DNA from: Synechococcus elongatus PCC 6301
GTDB lineage: Bacteria > Cyanobacteriota > Cyanobacteriia > Synechococcales > Synechococcaceae
Reading direction: 5' to 3'
Length of the DNA stretch: 32,000 bases
NCBI RefSeq assembly: GCF_000010065.1
Contig: NC_006576.1
Coordinates: forward strand, 720,001 to 752,000
Within the stretch, counting starts at the first letter, position 1, and every line of letters starts with the position of its first letter. The notes beneath the pieces are model-generated. The model did no database searches, was not told the DNA's origin, and was given only the letters and a program-made list of their open reading frames with translations. This document shows, piece after piece, positions 1-11,768 of this stretch. The position numbers and the translations under genes were made by a program.

Positions 1-3000
1 GATCAAAGCGGACGCCTGCTTCTGGTCGAACGATGATTTCACCACCGTTCATGCCTTTGCCGACGTAGTCATTGGCTTCGCCCACGAGGTTGAGGCTTAC
101 GCCGCTGATATTGAAAGCGCCAAAGCTCTGGCCAGCACTGCCGTTGAAGTTCAGGCTGATCTGTCCTTCAAAGCCGTAGTTGCCGTAGCGCTGCGCGATC
201 GCACCCGCGAGACGAGCCCCAACAGAACGATCCGTGTTGACGATCGCTTGCTCGATCGCAACAGAATCTTGATTGGCGATCGCGGCGGTGAGGGCTGGGT
301 TGGCAAGCAACTGGTCGTCCAGCACTGGGCCATTGTCATGAACTTCGTCATGAACCAGCCAGCTGCGATCGGAGCGCGTATCGGGCAGCTTGATCAGGCA
401 GTCGAGATTCAGAGCCGCCGTCTTGGTCAGCTTCAGATCAGGACGTGGCGCTAGTAGATCGGTGCGACCAGTGAGTTCCGTCAGGCTGCGATAGCCCAAC
501 TTCGCCAAGATGCTGCGCACTTCTTCGGCAATCAGGATGAAGAAGTTGACGACATGCTCTGGAATGCCAGTGAAGCGCTTGCGCAGTTGCTCTTGCTGCG
601 TTGCGACACCGACAGGGCAGTTATTGGTGTGGCAGACCCGTGCCATGATGCAGCCTTCCGCAATCATTGCGATCGAGCCAAAACCAAACTCTTCTGCACC
701 CATCAGCGCCGCCATGACGACGTCCCAACCAGTCTTGAGGCCGCCATCGACCCGCAGCAACACCCGCTGCCGCAGCTGATTTTCCATCAGGACGCGATGC
801 ACTTCGGTCAGGCCCAGCTCCCAAGGCCCGCCAGCATGCTTGATCGAGCTCAGCGGTGAGGCACCGGTACCGCCGTCATGGCCCGAAACTTGGATGATGT
901 CAGCATTCGCTTTAGCTACCCCAGCGGCCACGGTTCCGATCCCGATTTCCGCCACCAGCTTGACCGAGACTTGTGCCTTGGGATTGATCTGATGCAGGTC
1001 AAAGATCAGCTGAGCCAAATCTTCGATCGAGTAAATGTCGTGGTGAGGCGGTGGTGAAATTAGCAAGACACCCGCCTTCGAGTTGCGCAGGAAAGCAATG
1101 TAGGGGCTGACTTTCTTGCCCGGAAGTTGTCCCCCTTCACCCGGCTTCGCCCCCTGCGAGACCTTGATCTCGAGCTGATCAGCACTCATCAAGTACTCGG
1201 GCGTGACGCCAAAGCGACCCGAAGCAATTTGCTTGATGGCCGAGCTAGCAGTGTCGCCATTGCGCAGACCATGCAGGTGCGGCAGGGTTGGGGAGTTCCC
1301 TTCTGCGTCAACATCGCCCAGAACTTTGTAGCGAACGGGGTCTTCGCCACCTTCACCGGAGTTGGACTTACCGCCCAGCCGGTTCATGGCGATCGCGAGG
1401 GTTTCGTGGGCTTCCCGCGATAGTGCCCCCAGCGACATCCCACCAGTGCAGAAACGCTGCACGATCGCTTCTACCGATTCCACCTCATCCAGTGAGATGG
1501 CCGGGCGATCGCTGACGAATTGCAGCAAGTCCCGCAACGCTGTGACCGGCCGCTCTTCCAGGTACTTGCGATAGACCTCAAAGTGGTCGTAGTTTTTGCC
1601 TGCTACCACGGCCTTGTGCAGGGCTTTCGACATCTCGGGGCTGTTCATGTGGTACTCACCACCGGGGCGGTACTGCACGAAGCCAAAGTTCTCGAGTTTC
1701 TTCTGGTTCAACTCGGGGAAGGCACGGGTATGGAAGCTCATCACCTCGTGGGCGATGTCAGCCAAGGTCAGACCACCCAACCGCGAAGTCGTGCCGCGGA
1801 ACGCGAGGTCGACTACTTCCATGCTCAGACCAATTGCTTCAAAGATCTGCGCACCGTGATAGCTGGGTAGCAGCGAAATCCCCATCTTGGACAGGATTTT
1901 CAGCAGCCCTGCTTCGACAGCCTTACGGAAGTTTTGCTGAGCCCCTGCCAAGCTGACTTGAGCAATCTTGCCGCGCTCCATCAAGCTTTGAGTCTTAGGC
2001 GCATGCCACCAGTGGCGCACAGTTTCCAAAGCCAGCCATGGACAGACGGCACTGGCGCCATAGCCAATCAGGCAAGCGAAGTGGTGCGTGCTCCAACATT
2101 GGGCGGTATCGACCACCAAGGAGGCTTTCATGCGCAGCCCTTGGCGAATCAGATGATGGTGGACAGCCCCCACGGCCAGCAGCGGCGGAATATAGCTGAT
2201 CTGCGGCGCGAGGCCCGCCCCTGTGCGATCGCTGAGGATCAGAATCTGATGACCAGCCTGGACGGCTTGCTCAGCCTGCTGACAAAGGGCTGCGATCGCC
2301 GCTTGCAGACCATCCGGGCCTTGCTCGATCGCGTAGAGAGTCGAGAGTTCAGCCGCCTTGAGGGTTGACTGCTTGACTTGCTCTAGCTCCGCTTCATTCA
2401 AGACTGGCGAGTCTAGCTTCAGCAGCCGTGCCGACTCAGGCCCGACCTGCAGCAGGTTGTCGCGGGCCCCGAGGGTCATGCTCAGGGACATGACCAAACT
2501 TTCCCGTAGTGGGTCGATCGCGGGGTTGGTGACCTGGGCGAAGCGCTGCTTGAAGTAGTCGTAGAGCAGACGCGCTTTGCTGGACAGGACAGCCAGGGGA
2601 ATGTCATCACCCATGCAAAAGGTCGGCTCTTTGCCGTCGCTGGCCATGGCCTCAATCACCATGTCCACGTCTTCAGCGGTGTAGCCAAAGCCGGTCTGGA
2701 GGCGGAGCAGATCAAAGTCGCCGAGTTGCTGCTCGTTCCCGAAGTCTTTGTTCTCCAAAACCTGCCGCTCTTGCAGCCATTGACCGTAGGGCTGTTGGCT
2801 AGCAATCCGCTTCTTGATGTCCCAGTTTTTGATGACCTCTTTGGTTTCGAGATCGACTTCAATCATCTGGCCCGGACCAAGACGGCCTTTTTCGATGATC
2901 GTTTCAACGGGTAGGTCAACAACACCGGCTTCTGAGGCGAAGACAATGTAACCATCAGCGGTGATGCTGTAGCGGGCGGGACGGAGACCATTGCGATCGA

Positions 3001-4117
3001 GGCAAGCTCCAACCTTTTTGCCATCGCTGAACACCAACAACGCCGGACCATCCCAGGGCTCTTGCAAACCGCTATAGAACTCGTAGAAGTCGACGATTTC
3101 CGGATGATCGGCCAAGGCTGGCTGATTCTGGTAGGCTTCTGGCACCATCACCATCAGCGCTTCCTGTGGGGTCCGGCCCGAGTTGACCAACAGCTCTAGG
3201 GCGTTGTCGAGGTTGGCGGAGTCACTCCGGTTGAGGTCAACCACTGGCAGCAGATCGCCAATGCGATCGCCCCAGGCAGGGTGTTGGAGATCGGCTTGCC
3301 GCGCCATCATCCAGTTGATGTTGCCCAGCAGCGTATTGATTTCACCGTTGTGTCCCAGGAAGCGCATCGGCTGCGCCAAGGGCCACTTGGGCATGGTGTT
3401 AGTACTGAAGCGGCGGTGGTAAACACCAAAGTTGCTGGTGTATGCCGGATTAGTCAGGTCGGTGTAGAGCTGACCGAGCACTTCCGATCGCACCATGCCT
3501 TTGTAGACAACAGTGCGGCTGGAAAGCGAGCAAATGTAAAAATCTTCGCTAGCAGTGCCAAGGGCCTTTTTGACTGCAGTTTCTACCCGTTTGCGTACGA
3601 GGTAGAGCTGCCGCTCGAACTCATCGTCCCGTAGCTGTTCGCTGGCAATAAAGCACTGCTCAATTCGGGGCAGGTTTGCCCGTGCCTGTTGGCCCAAAAC
3701 CTCGGGGCGGGTGGGGACCAAGCGCCAGCCCAAGAACTGCAGGTTTTCCTCAGCAACAATTTGCTCAATCAGCTGCCGGGCGATCGTGGCTTCAGCGCCA
3801 TGTTGGGGCAGAAAAACCATCCCCAAGCCAACGCTCGACAGGTCAGCCGGAGCCGCAGCACCAAGCCAAGTTTTCAGCAGATCAGTCGGGATCGCTGTCA
3901 TCAAGCCAGCGCCATCGCCGGAATCAGAGTCAGCACTACAGCCGCCACGGTGCTCCATACAGCCCAAGGCTCGCAAGGACTTCTCAACCAAGTCGTGGCT
4001 GGCACGACCTTGTTGATCGGCCACAAAACCGACACCGCAGGCATCACGCTCTTCGACAAGCCAGCGTGGGCCTTGGTAGGTAGGGTGAGAAGACGAATGA
4101 ACAGAATGCTGATTCAT
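1..4117 (-). CDS. gltS: ferredoxin-dependent glutamate synthase (Fd-GOGAT), N-terminal ~1372 codons; 3' end lies beyond the left window edge
   Basis: Not in the ORF track because there is no in-window stop. Minus-strand ATG at 4115-4117 translates to [71 protein letters not shown], the Cys-1 Ntn amidotransferase start typical of GOGAT. Hand translation of the minus strand near 1-900 gives [25 protein letters not shown]...[19 protein letters not shown]...[13 protein letters not shown], matching the FMN/Fe-S and GXGXG domains. The frame stays open to position 2. Confidence 0.92.
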   Translation of the reverse strand, partial: MNQHSVHSSSHPTYQGPRWLVEERDACGVGFVADQQGRASHDLVEKSLRALGCMEHRGGCSADSDSGDGAGLMTAIPTDLLKTWLGAAAPADLSSVGLGMVFLPQHGAEATIARQLIEQIVAEENLQFLGWRLVPTRPEVLGQQARANLPRIEQCFIASEQLRDDEFERQLYLVRKRVETAVKKALGTASEDFYICSLSSRTVVYKGMVRSEVLGQLYTDLTNPAYTSNFGVYHRRFSTNTMPKWPLAQPMRFLGHNGEINTLLGNINWMMARQADLQHPAWGDRIGDLLPVVDLNRSDSANLDNALELLVNSGRTPQEALMVMVPEAYQNQPALADHPEIVDFYEFYSGLQEPWDGPALLVFSDGKKVGACLDRNGLRPARYSITADGYIVFASEAGVVDLPVETIIEKGRLGPGQMIEVDLETKEVIKNWDIKKRIASQQPYGQWLQERQVLENKDFGNEQQLGDFDLLRLQTGFGYTAEDVDMVIEAMASDGKEPTFCMGDDIPLAVLSSKARLLYDYFKQRFAQVTNPAIDPLRESLVMSLSMTLGARDNLLQVGPESARLLKLDSPVLNEAELEQVKQSTLKAAELSTLYAIEQGPDGLQAAIAALCQQAEQAVQAGHQILILSDRTGAGLAPQISYIPPLLAVGAVHHHLIRQGLRMKASLVVDTAQCWSTHHFACLIGYGASAVCPWLALETVRHWWHAPKTQSLMERGKIAQVSLAGAQQNFRKAVEAGLLKILSKMGISLLPSYHGAQIFEAIGLSMEVVDLAFRGTTSRLGGLTLADIAHEVMSFHTRAFPELNQKKLENFGFVQYRPGGEYHMNSPEMSKALHKAVVAGKNYDHFEVYRKYLEERPVTALRDLLQFVSDRPAISLDEVESVEAIVQRFCTGGMSLGALSREAHETLAIAMNRLGGKSNSGEGGEDPVRYKVLGDVDAEGNSPTLPHLHGLRNGDTASSAIKQIASGRFGVTPEYLMSADQLEIKVSQGAKPGEGGQLPGKKVSPYIAFLRNSKAGVLLISPPPHHDIYSIEDLAQLIFDLHQINPKAQVSVKLVAEIGIGTVAAGVAKANADIIQVSGHDGGTGASPLSSIKHAGGPWELGLTEVHRVLMENQLRQRVLLRVDGGLKTGWDVVMAALMGAEEFGFGSIAMIAEGCIMARVCHTNNCPVGVATQQEQLRKRFTGIPEHVVNFFILIAEEVRSILAKLGYRSLTELTGRTDLLAPRPDLKLTKTAALNLDCLIKLPDTRSDRSWLVHDEVHDNGPVLDDQLLANPALTAAIANQDSVAIEQAIVNTDRSVGARLAGAIAQRYGNYGFEGQISLNFNGSAGQSFGAFNISGVSLNLVGEANDYVGKGMNGGEIIVRPEAGVRFD

Positions 4118-4411
4118 GCTGCGATAACCGGCCAATGGAGAAAGCAGGGGAAAGGCATGGACCCTGAGCAGCGATCGCCGGAATCGAGGCGACAAACTGA
4201 CCCCATAGTTCTGCCCAATTACTTGGTTGGAACAAAGATGAGGTCAGTGTGAGCGCAATCGTTTCGAACAGATCTGGAATTGCTGGGAATGTACTGCACA
4301 TTATAAGGAATCGTTTAGGGCCCTCTCACGATTTCTCTGGAACTCCTGAGGTTGCGGTAGGGTCGCTAAACACAGCGGCACTGTGTTGCAAGGCCCCGTA
4401 GGGATGGACTG

Positions 4412-6229
4412 ATGAAACCTGCGCTGAGACGTGGATTGGTCTGGATTGGTTGCACCGCCAGTAGTTGGGGTGGGCTTGTTCTTCCGTCAGCTTGGAGCCC
4501 TGCAGCGATCGCCCAGACACGAGCTCCCACCAATCAAACCGGGATGCAACTCCAGATCAATGGTCGGGCGATCGCCGGCCAGTGGGTCGTAGAACCAGCT
4601 TCCCAGGGCAGCTTTATCTGGATTGAAGAAGTTGCGCTGCGCAACGGCCTTGGCTTGGAACTATTACCGGGCTTGAGTACCACTCGCCAAGCGATCCGCT
4701 GGTTCTCGGATGGACGTGTGGCTGAAGGGGTGGAGCAAGTGCCCGCCCGTCGTCAAAATGGTCGGCGTTTCTTAGAAGTGTCATCGCTGGCGCGTCGCAG
4801 TGGTTGGTCCCTGGCAGTACTGGCAGACCAACTGGTGATTCAACTGCCGGCGGCGACGCTCCGGAATCTCAGGGATGGCCAACAGGGAGCTAACCGCCGC
4901 CTCGTCTTGGATTTCGATCGCCCAACCCCATGGGAGTGGGATGCAATCGGCCAACAGCTCCGCTTTGATGGTTCAGTTCCTGCTCAGTTGGTGCCCAGTT
5001 TGCAGCGCTACGGCATTCAGGCAGAGCAACAGGGCGATCGCACGAGCCTACGATTACCGGCTGGTCTGGGGGTCCGCGTCTCGAGCTTGGGATCGCCTGA
5101 TCGCATCTTTATCGACCTGCCAACTACCACCGGCCTCCTCAGCCCGCCCGCTGGTCTGGGGAGTAATCCCGCCCCCTTGACTCCCGCCCCACCTGACCTA
5201 GCGGGTACGCAACTGCAGCAGCGTCAAGTCACTGTTGACGGCGCGACCTTCCCCGTCTTTGTGATTCAGTTGGACCTGCGCCAACCTAATGTTCGTCTCG
5301 CACCGATTTGGGCAGGCAATGGCTCACTGGAGGGCACACAGGTTTTGCAAGCTGTGGCTCGCGATCGCGGGGCTGCGATCGCCATCAATGCGGGCTTTTT
5401 CAACCGCAATAATCGTCTGCCACTCGGGGCGATTCGCCGTGACAACATCTGGTATTCCGGTCCGATCCTCAACCGTGGGGCCATGGCTTGGAATGATCAG
5501 GGCGAAGTGCTGATTGACCGGCTCGGTCTGCAAGAGACCCTGCAACTCAGCTCTGGCACTCGCATTCCCCTCGTGGCGCTCAATAGTGGCTACGTTCGCG
5601 CTGGAGCCGCTCGCTACACCGAGGCTTGGGGCAACAGCTACCAGACAATCCTCGACAACGAAGTAGTGGTGACAGTCCAGGGCGATCGCGTGGTCTCCCA
5701 GTCCCAAGCGGACAAGGCTGGCAGCAATCGCTTTACGATTCCCCGCAATGGCTACCTGATCGTCTTGCGATCGGCCAATAGCCTGCGCACTTCTCTGGTG
5801 AACGGCACGACAATTCAAGTCCTACAGCAAGCGCAACCCAGCCAGTTCGATCGCTTCCCCCATGCTCTAGGAGGAGGGCCACTCCTCGTCAAATCAGGGC
5901 GAGTGGTCGTCAATCCCCAAGCCGAAGGATTTAGCCGAGCCTTTGAGATCGAAGCAGCTCCGCGCAGTGCGATCGGTCTGATGCCGGATGGCCGCTTGGT
6001 TCTAGTGGCTGCCCACGAGCAAAACCAAGGCCAAGGCCCCACCCTGCCTCAAATGGCTGCGATTATGCAGCAGCTCGGCGTCGTTGATGCCCTCAACTTT
6101 GATGGCGGCAGCTCCACTTCTCTAATCGTCAATGGTCAGCTCGTCAATCGGGCTCGAGGCAGTGCTGCCCGGGTTCACAACGGGCTCGGGGTCTTCCTGG
6201 GGCCGACTACGCCGGCCAGTCTGCGATGA
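4412..6229 (+). CDS. secreted phosphodiester glycosidase family protein (NAGPA/DUF2233-like C-terminal domain)
   Basis: 605-aa ORF with an N-terminal signal-like segment (MKPALRRGLVWIGCTASSWGGLVLPSAWSPAAIAQ). The C-terminal half carries AINAGFF...LNFDGGSSTSL...VHNGLGVF, motifs I associate with phosphodiester glycosidases. The assignment is from motif memory only. Confidence 0.7.
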   Translation: MKPALRRGLVWIGCTASSWGGLVLPSAWSPAAIAQTRAPTNQTGMQLQINGRAIAGQWVVEPASQGSFIWIEEVALRNGLGLELLPGLSTTRQAIRWFSDGRVAEGVEQVPARRQNGRRFLEVSSLARRSGWSLAVLADQLVIQLPAATLRNLRDGQQGANRRLVLDFDRPTPWEWDAIGQQLRFDGSVPAQLVPSLQRYGIQAEQQGDRTSLRLPAGLGVRVSSLGSPDRIFIDLPTTTGLLSPPAGLGSNPAPLTPAPPDLAGTQLQQRQVTVDGATFPVFVIQLDLRQPNVRLAPIWAGNGSLEGTQVLQAVARDRGAAIAINAGFFNRNNRLPLGAIRRDNIWYSGPILNRGAMAWNDQGEVLIDRLGLQETLQLSSGTRIPLVALNSGYVRAGAARYTEAWGNSYQTILDNEVVVTVQGDRVVSQSQADKAGSNRFTIPRNGYLIVLRSANSLRTSLVNGTTIQVLQQAQPSQFDRFPHALGGGPLLVKSGRVVVNPQAEGFSRAFEIEAAPRSAIGLMPDGRLVLVAAHEQNQGQGPTLPQMAAIMQQLGVVDALNFDGGSSTSLIVNGQLVNRARGSAARVHNGLGVFLGPTTPASLR

Positions 6230-6585
6230 AGGTTGGCGATCGCGATCAACGGCCTTGGGGACAGTTCGAAATTCTTGCCCAAGGCTCTGGCTATCAGGTC
6301 AAGCGTTTGGAGGTGCTGCCAGGGCAGCAGTTGAGCCTACAGCGTCACCAGCAGCGGCAGGAACATTGGCTAGTCGTGCAAGGGCTGGCACGGGTGCAAC
6401 TGGGCGATCGCCAGTTTTCTCTGCGCGTAGGGCAATCGCTCGATATCGCGATCGGGGAATGGCATCGCCTGCAAAATCCGGGGGACGAGCTTTTAGCCCT
6501 GATTGAGGTGCAAATGGGGGCCTATCTCGGCGAAGATGACATTGAGCGCCGCGCCGATGACTACGGACGCTGCCCAACGTCGTGA
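6226..6585 (+). CDS. small cupin protein, mannose-6-phosphate isomerase type II C-terminal-domain-like
   Basis: 119-aa ORF with RPWGQFEIL..GYQVKRLEVLPGQQLSLQRHQQRQEHWLVVQG...GEWHRLQNPG, a cupin two-His motif pattern. Its start overlaps the upstream stop (ATGA at 6226-6229). Confidence 0.7.
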   Translation: MKVGDRDQRPWGQFEILAQGSGYQVKRLEVLPGQQLSLQRHQQRQEHWLVVQGLARVQLGDRQFSLRVGQSLDIAIGEWHRLQNPGDELLALIEVQMGAYLGEDDIERRADDYGRCPTS

Positions 6586-6664
6586 TAATGGCTGTGGACC
6601 CAGTCTGTTGGCCGCTCGTTCCAGAGAGGCTACCTGGGGCGATCGCCTTCTCTTCAGCTGTAGC

Positions 6665-6694
6665 TTGACCAAGTGCATCAACCCTCGGTAAAGT
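6665..6694 (+). promoter_or_regulatory. candidate sigma70-type promoter of the str operon
   Basis: TTGACC at 6665-6670, an 18-nt spacer, then TAAAGT at 6689-6694, about 47 nt upstream of the rpsL ATG. This is a pattern match only. Confidence 0.3.
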
Positions 6695-6740
6695 AAGAGA
6701 TTGTTGTCTTTTCCAAGAGCAGCCGAACCGGCTTTCTGAA

Positions 6741-7115
6741 ATGCCTACAATCCAGCAGCTGATTCGCGACGAACGCGAAAAAATTACCAAGAAGACAAAA
6801 TCTCCCGCGCTGAAAAACTGCCCGCAGCGGCGTGGCGTTTGCACTCGCGTCTACACCACGACCCCGAAAAAGCCCAACTCGGCCTTGCGGAAAGTGGCAC
6901 GGGTTCGCTTGACCTCAGGTTTTGAAGTCACTGCCTATATCCCTGGCATTGGTCACAACCTGCAAGAGCACTCGGTTGTGATGATTCGCGGCGGTCGGGT
7001 CAAAGACCTACCCGGTGTGCGCTATCACATCATCCGCGGCACCCTTGATACCGCCGGTGTCAAAGACCGTCGCCAAAGCCGTTCCAAATACGGCGCGAAG
7101 CGTCCGAAGGCCTAG
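6741..7115 (+). CDS. rpsL: 30S ribosomal protein S12
   Basis: MPTIQQLIR...[36 protein letters not shown]...[14 protein letters not shown] is unmistakable S12. Confidence 0.98.
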   Translation: MPTIQQLIRDEREKITKKTKSPALKNCPQRRGVCTRVYTTTPKKPNSALRKVARVRLTSGFEVTAYIPGIGHNLQEHSVVMIRGGRVKDLPGVRYHIIRGTLDTAGVKDRRQSRSKYGAKRPKA

Positions 7116-7282
7116 GTCCCTGGGTGAGCCTTGTCTGCGTTGATCGTGGCAACGTCAACACTGCAAGCTGCTGGGCAGTTGACCTTGCTCGTTCCAGATG
7201 TGATTAACTCTCACCCCTGCGATCGCCCCTTTTTCGCTTCCTCTTTGCGTTGTAGCCCTTGCAAGACTTCTGAGATTCACTG

Positions 7283-7753
7283 ATGTCCCGTCGTACCTCT
7301 GCTCAAAAGCGTTCGGTTAACCCGGATCCAAAATTCAACAGCCGCTTGGCCTCCATGATGGTGGCTCGCCTGATGGACTCGGGCAAAAAGTCCCTGGCTT
7401 TCCGCATCCTCTACTCAGCCTTCGATCTGATCCAAGAGCGGACCGGAAACGACCCCTTGGAACTCTTCGAACAAGCCGTGCGCAATGCCACCCCCTTGGT
7501 GGAAGTGCGAGCTCGTCGGGTAGGTGGTGCAACCTACCAAGTCCCGATGGAAGTTCGCTCGGAGCGCGGTACCGCCATGGCCCTGCGCTGGTTGGTTCAG
7601 TATTCCCGTCAGCGCCCTGGCAAGTCCATGGCCATCAAGCTGGCAAACGAGCTGATGGATGCAGCCAACGAAACCGGAAGTTCAGTGCGTAAACGCGAAG
7701 AAACCCACAAAATGGCCGAAGCGAACAAGGCTTTTGCCCACTACCGCTACTAG
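7283..7753 (+). CDS. rpsG: 30S ribosomal protein S7
   Basis: MSRR...[30 protein letters not shown]...[19 protein letters not shown]...[14 protein letters not shown] is canonical S7. Confidence 0.98.
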
Positions 7754-7827
7754 TTCTAGCGACTACAAATCCCGTTACAATATTTAATACGTTCGATTTA
7801 GCGATCGACGCTTTCAAGGAGGTTCCA

Positions 7828-9912
7828 GTGGCACGTTCCGTTCCGCTCGAAAAGGTTAGAAATATCGGTATTGCTGCCCACATTGATGCGGGCAAAACCA
7901 CGACGACGGAGCGCATCCTGTTTTATTCAGGCGTCGTCCACAAAATCGGTGAAGTTCATGACGGTAACGCTGTTACCGACTGGATGGAGCAAGAGCGGGA
8001 GCGGGGTATCACGATCACCGCTGCTGCAATCAGCACCAGCTGGAAAGACTATCGCGTCAACATCATTGACACCCCCGGCCACGTGGACTTCACGATTGAA
8101 GTCGAACGTTCGATGCGGGTTCTCGACGGTGTTGTAGCTGTCTTCTGCTCGGTGGGTGGTGTACAGCCCCAGTCAGAAACCGTCTGGCGTCAAGCCGATC
8201 GCTACAGCGTGCCTCGGATCGTATTCGTCAACAAGATGGATCGTACTGGGGCTGACTTCTTCAAGGTCTATGGCCAAATCCGCGATCGCGTGAGAGCCAA
8301 CGCCGTTCCGATTCAAATTCCCATTGGTGCTGAGAGCGATTTCCAAGGCATTGTTGACCTTGTCGAAATGAAGGCTCACATCTATACCAACGATTTAGGT
8401 ACCGACATTTTAGTCACCGATATTCCCGCAGAACTGCAGGAAACGGCTGCTGAATGGCGCTCCAAAATGGTTGAAGCCGTCGCTGAAACGGATGAAGCGC
8501 TGCTCGACAAATACTTCGAAGATGGCGACCTCAGCATTGAGGACATCAAAGCCGGTCTGCGCAAGGGCGTGTTGATCCAAGGCAACGATCGCTTGGTGCC
8601 AATGCTCTGCGGTTCAGCTTTCAAAAACAAAGGGGTTCAGCTGTTGCTGGATGCGGTGGTTGAACTGCTGCCTTCGCCTCAAGACATTCCGCCGATTCAA
8701 GGCACACTGCCAGATGGCGAAGTTGCTCTGCGTCCTTCTAGCGACGAAGCACCTTTCTCCGCTTTGGCCTTCAAGATCATGGCCGATCCCTACGGCCGCT
8801 TGACCTTTGTGCGGGTCTACTCTGGCATCCTGCAAAAAGGTAGCTACGTCTACAACGCCACCAAAGGGAAGAAAGAACGGGTTTCCCGTCTGATCATCCT
8901 CAAGGCTGATGACCGGATTGAAGTCGACGAGCTGCGTGCTGGCGACCTAGGTGCTGTGCTGGGTCTCAAAGACACCTTCACGGGCGACACCCTCTGCGAT
9001 GATCAAAACCCGATCATCCTTGAGTCTCTGTTCATTCCCGAGCCGGTTATTTCGGTCGCGGTTGAGCCCAAAACCAAGAACGATATGGAAAAACTTTCGA
9101 AGGCGTTGCAAGCGCTTTCGGAAGAAGATCCGACCTTCCGTGTCTCAGTCGACTCTGAGACGAACCAAACGGTCATCGCTGGCATGGGCGAACTCCACCT
9201 CGAAATCTTGGTGGATCGGATGCTGCGGGAGTACAAAGTTGAAGCCAACATCGGTGCTCCTCAGGTTGCCTACCGTGAGACAGTTCGTAAGGCTGTCAAA
9301 GCGGAAGGTAAGTTTGTCCGCCAGAGCGGTGGTAAAGGTCAGTACGGTCACGTTGTGATCGAACTAGAGCCGGCTGAGCCTGGTACTGGTTTCGAGTTTG
9401 TCTCCAAGATCGTCGGCGGTACGGTGCCGAAAGAGTACGTCGGTCCTGCCGAGCAGGGGATGAAAGAAACCTGCGAATCGGGCGTCTTGGCGGGATACCC
9501 GCTCATCGATATCAAGGCCACCTTGGTCGATGGCTCGTATCACGACGTCGACTCGTCTGAGATGGCCTTTAAGATCGCTGGTTCCATGGCGATCAAAGAA
9601 GCCGTTCGGAAAGCCGATCCAGTTCTGCTGGAGCCGGTGATGAAGGTGGAAGTGGAAGTACCGGAAGACTTCCTCGGTTCAGTGATGGGCAACCTGATCT
9701 CCCGCCGAGGTCAAATCGAAGGCCAAGCAACCACCAATGGCACGGCCACTGTTTCGGCCAAAGTGCCCCTGGCCGAGATGTTCGGCTATGCAACTGACCT
9801 GCGGTCGATGACCCAGGGTCGGGGCATCTTCACGATGGAGTTCAGTCAGTACGAGGAAGTTCCCCGTAATGTGGCTGAAACGATCATCGCCAAAAACAAA
9901 GGGAACGCTTAA
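7828..9912 (+). CDS. fusA: translation elongation factor G
   Basis: GTG start preceded by AAGGAGG at 7816-7822. G-domain motifs are [20 protein letters not shown] and NKMD. Length is 694 aa and it sits in the expected str operon position. Confidence 0.98.
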
Positions 9913-9938
9913 GTAACCTAAAGGAAGACTGAACGCCA

Positions 9939-11168
9939 ATGGCACGCGCTAAGTTTGAACGCACCAAGCCTCACGCAAACATCGGGACCATCGGTCACGT
10001 TGACCACGGTAAAACGACGCTGACGGCAGCTATCACCACTGTGTTGGCGAAAGCTGGCATGGCTAAAGCCCGCGCTTACGCTGATATCGACGCAGCTCCG
10101 GAAGAAAAAGCTCGTGGTATCACGATCAACACGGCTCACGTTGAATACGAAACCGGCAACCGTCACTACGCTCACGTTGACTGTCCCGGTCACGCTGACT
10201 ACGTGAAAAACATGATCACGGGTGCTGCGCAGATGGACGGCGCCATCCTCGTGGTGTCGGCTGCTGACGGCCCCATGCCCCAAACTCGCGAGCACATTCT
10301 GCTGGCGAAACAGGTCGGCGTTCCCAACATCGTCGTTTTCTTGAATAAAGAAGACATGGTTGATGACGCTGAACTGTTGGAATTGGTGGAGTTGGAAGTC
10401 CGTGAGCTGCTGAGCTCCTACGATTTCCCTGGCGATGACATCCCCATCGTGGCTGGTTCGGCTCTGCAAGCCTTGGAAGCCATTCAAGGTGGCGCTTCGG
10501 GTCAGAAAGGTGACAACCCTTGGGTTGACAAAATCCTGAAGCTGATGGAAGAAGTCGACGCCTACATCCCCACTCCTGAGCGGGAAGTCGATCGCCCCTT
10601 CCTGATGGCGGTGGAAGACGTCTTCACGATTACCGGTCGTGGCACGGTGGCGACTGGCCGGATCGAGCGTGGCAGCGTCAAGGTTGGCGAAACGATCGAA
10701 ATCGTTGGTTTGCGTGACACCCGCAGCACCACCGTTACCGGTGTGGAAATGTTCCAGAAGACCCTCGACGAAGGTCTGGCTGGCGACAACGTCGGTCTGC
10801 TGCTCCGCGGTATCCAAAAAACCGATATCGAGCGCGGTATGGTCTTGGCCAAACCCGGTTCGATTACGCCTCACACCAAGTTTGAGTCTGAGGTCTACGT
10901 GCTCAAGAAAGAAGAAGGGGGTCGTCACACTCCGTTCTTCCCGGGCTATCGTCCTCAGTTCTACGTGCGGACAACCGACGTGACCGGCGCGATCTCGGAC
11001 TTCACCGCTGACGACGGTTCGGCAGCTGAAATGGTGATCCCGGGCGATCGCATCAAGATGACGGTTGAACTGATCAACCCGATCGCAATTGAGCAAGGCA
11101 TGCGCTTTGCAATCCGTGAAGGCGGCCGCACCATCGGTGCTGGTGTCGTTTCCAAAATCCTCCAGTAG
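9939..11168 (+). CDS. tufA: translation elongation factor Tu
   Basis: [33 protein letters not shown]..., with DCPGHADY and NKEDMV motifs; 409 aa. Confidence 0.99.
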   Translation: MARAKFERTKPHANIGTIGHVDHGKTTLTAAITTVLAKAGMAKARAYADIDAAPEEKARGITINTAHVEYETGNRHYAHVDCPGHADYVKNMITGAAQMDGAILVVSAADGPMPQTREHILLAKQVGVPNIVVFLNKEDMVDDAELLELVELEVRELLSSYDFPGDDIPIVAGSALQALEAIQGGASGQKGDNPWVDKILKLMEEVDAYIPTPEREVDRPFLMAVEDVFTITGRGTVATGRIERGSVKVGETIEIVGLRDTRSTTVTGVEMFQKTLDEGLAGDNVGLLLRGIQKTDIERGMVLAKPGSITPHTKFESEVYVLKKEEGGRHTPFFPGYRPQFYVRTTDVTGAISDFTADDGSAAEMVIPGDRIKMTVELINPIAIEQGMRFAIREGGRTIGAGVVSKILQ

Positions 11169-11184
11169 GATTTAACCCCCTAAG

Positions 11185-11220
11185 GAGTCGGTGGTGAGTC
11201 ATCACCGACTCTGTCTTTTT
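11185..11220 (+). terminator. possible partial terminator or attenuator hairpin between tufA and rpsJ
   Basis: 9-bp stem gagtcggtg (11185-11193) pairs with caccgactc (11203-11211), followed by tgtcttttt. Confidence 0.35.
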
Positions 11221-11241
11221 GAACCTTGATAATTAACTCCC

Positions 11242-11559
11242 ATGGCTACCCTGCAGCAGCAGAAAATTCGGATTCGTCTCAAGGCCTTTGACCGTCGACT
11301 GCTGGACACCTCCTGTGATCGCATTGTCGAAACCGCCAACCGCACCAACGCCACCGCGATCGGCCCGATTCCGTTGCCGACTCGTCGTCGCATCTATTGC
11401 GTGTTGCGATCGCCCCACGTTGACAAAGACTCGCGTGAGCACTTTGAAACGCGGACGCACCGTCGGATCATCGACATCTACCAGCCGTCCTCGAAAACGA
11501 TCGATGCGTTGATGAAGCTCGATCTGCCTGCTGGGGTAGACATCGAAGTTAAGCTCTAG
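11242..11559 (+). CDS. rpsJ: 30S ribosomal protein S10
   Basis: [22 protein letters not shown]...[38 protein letters not shown] is canonical S10. Confidence 0.98.
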   Translation: MATLQQQKIRIRLKAFDRRLLDTSCDRIVETANRTNATAIGPIPLPTRRRIYCVLRSPHVDKDSREHFETRTHRRIIDIYQPSSKTIDALMKLDLPAGVDIEVKL

Positions 11560-11570
11560 TCATCACTGGA

Positions 11571-11608
11571 AACAAGAAGCGGGAAGGAACTCCCGCTTCT
11601 TGTTTTTT
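11571..11608 (+). terminator. Rho-independent terminator of the str/rpsJ transcript
   Basis: Perfect 14-bp stem aacaagaagcggga (11571-11584) pairs with tcccgcttcttgtt (11591-11604), with a 6-nt loop and a following T run through 11608. Confidence 0.8.
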
Positions 11609-11768
11609 AGCCAATCTTCGAATCATGATTGCCTTGGTATCGTCCCCAACATTGATCAGGTAAAGTTAAGTAACAAGTTTCTGAGACTCGTTCCCACGGC
11701 AATCTTTAGGTTGTTCTCGGGAGTCGTAATCGTCTCACACCATTCCTTTAGACGGCGCGATAAGCCTC

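Noticed and set aside
248-4301. Many 60-190-aa ORFs on both strands in the first 4.3 kb (for example 3689-4252 +, 1934-2368 +)
   Set aside because: All lie within or against the continuous minus-strand glutamate synthase frame, which I could translate with textbook GOGAT motifs. Their translations are Arg/Pro/Ser-rich nonsense.
4291-4304. NtcA-like site GTA-N8-TAT in the divergent gltS / 4412 intergenic region
   Set aside because: It is imperfect relative to GTA-N8-TAC. I could not find a TAN3T -10 box at the expected ~22-nt distance in either direction.
5324-5818. 164-aa minus-strand ORF inside the phosphodiester glycosidase gene
   Set aside because: It is antisense to a longer ORF that has a signal peptide and a recognisable C-terminal domain. 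It has no independent support.
6299-6844. 181-aa minus-strand ORF spanning the cupin gene, the rpsL promoter region and the rpsL start
   Set aside because: It overlaps two well-supported plus-strand genes, has no motif, and is Arg/Ala/Gly-rich as expected of GC-rich antisense frames.
9918-11096. 392-aa minus-strand ORF antisense to tufA
   Set aside because: It lies entirely inside the unmistakable EF-Tu gene. Its translation is low-complexity (Val/Asp/Arg/His-rich) with no recognisable motif. This is a typical shadow ORF produced by strong codon bias on the opposite strand.
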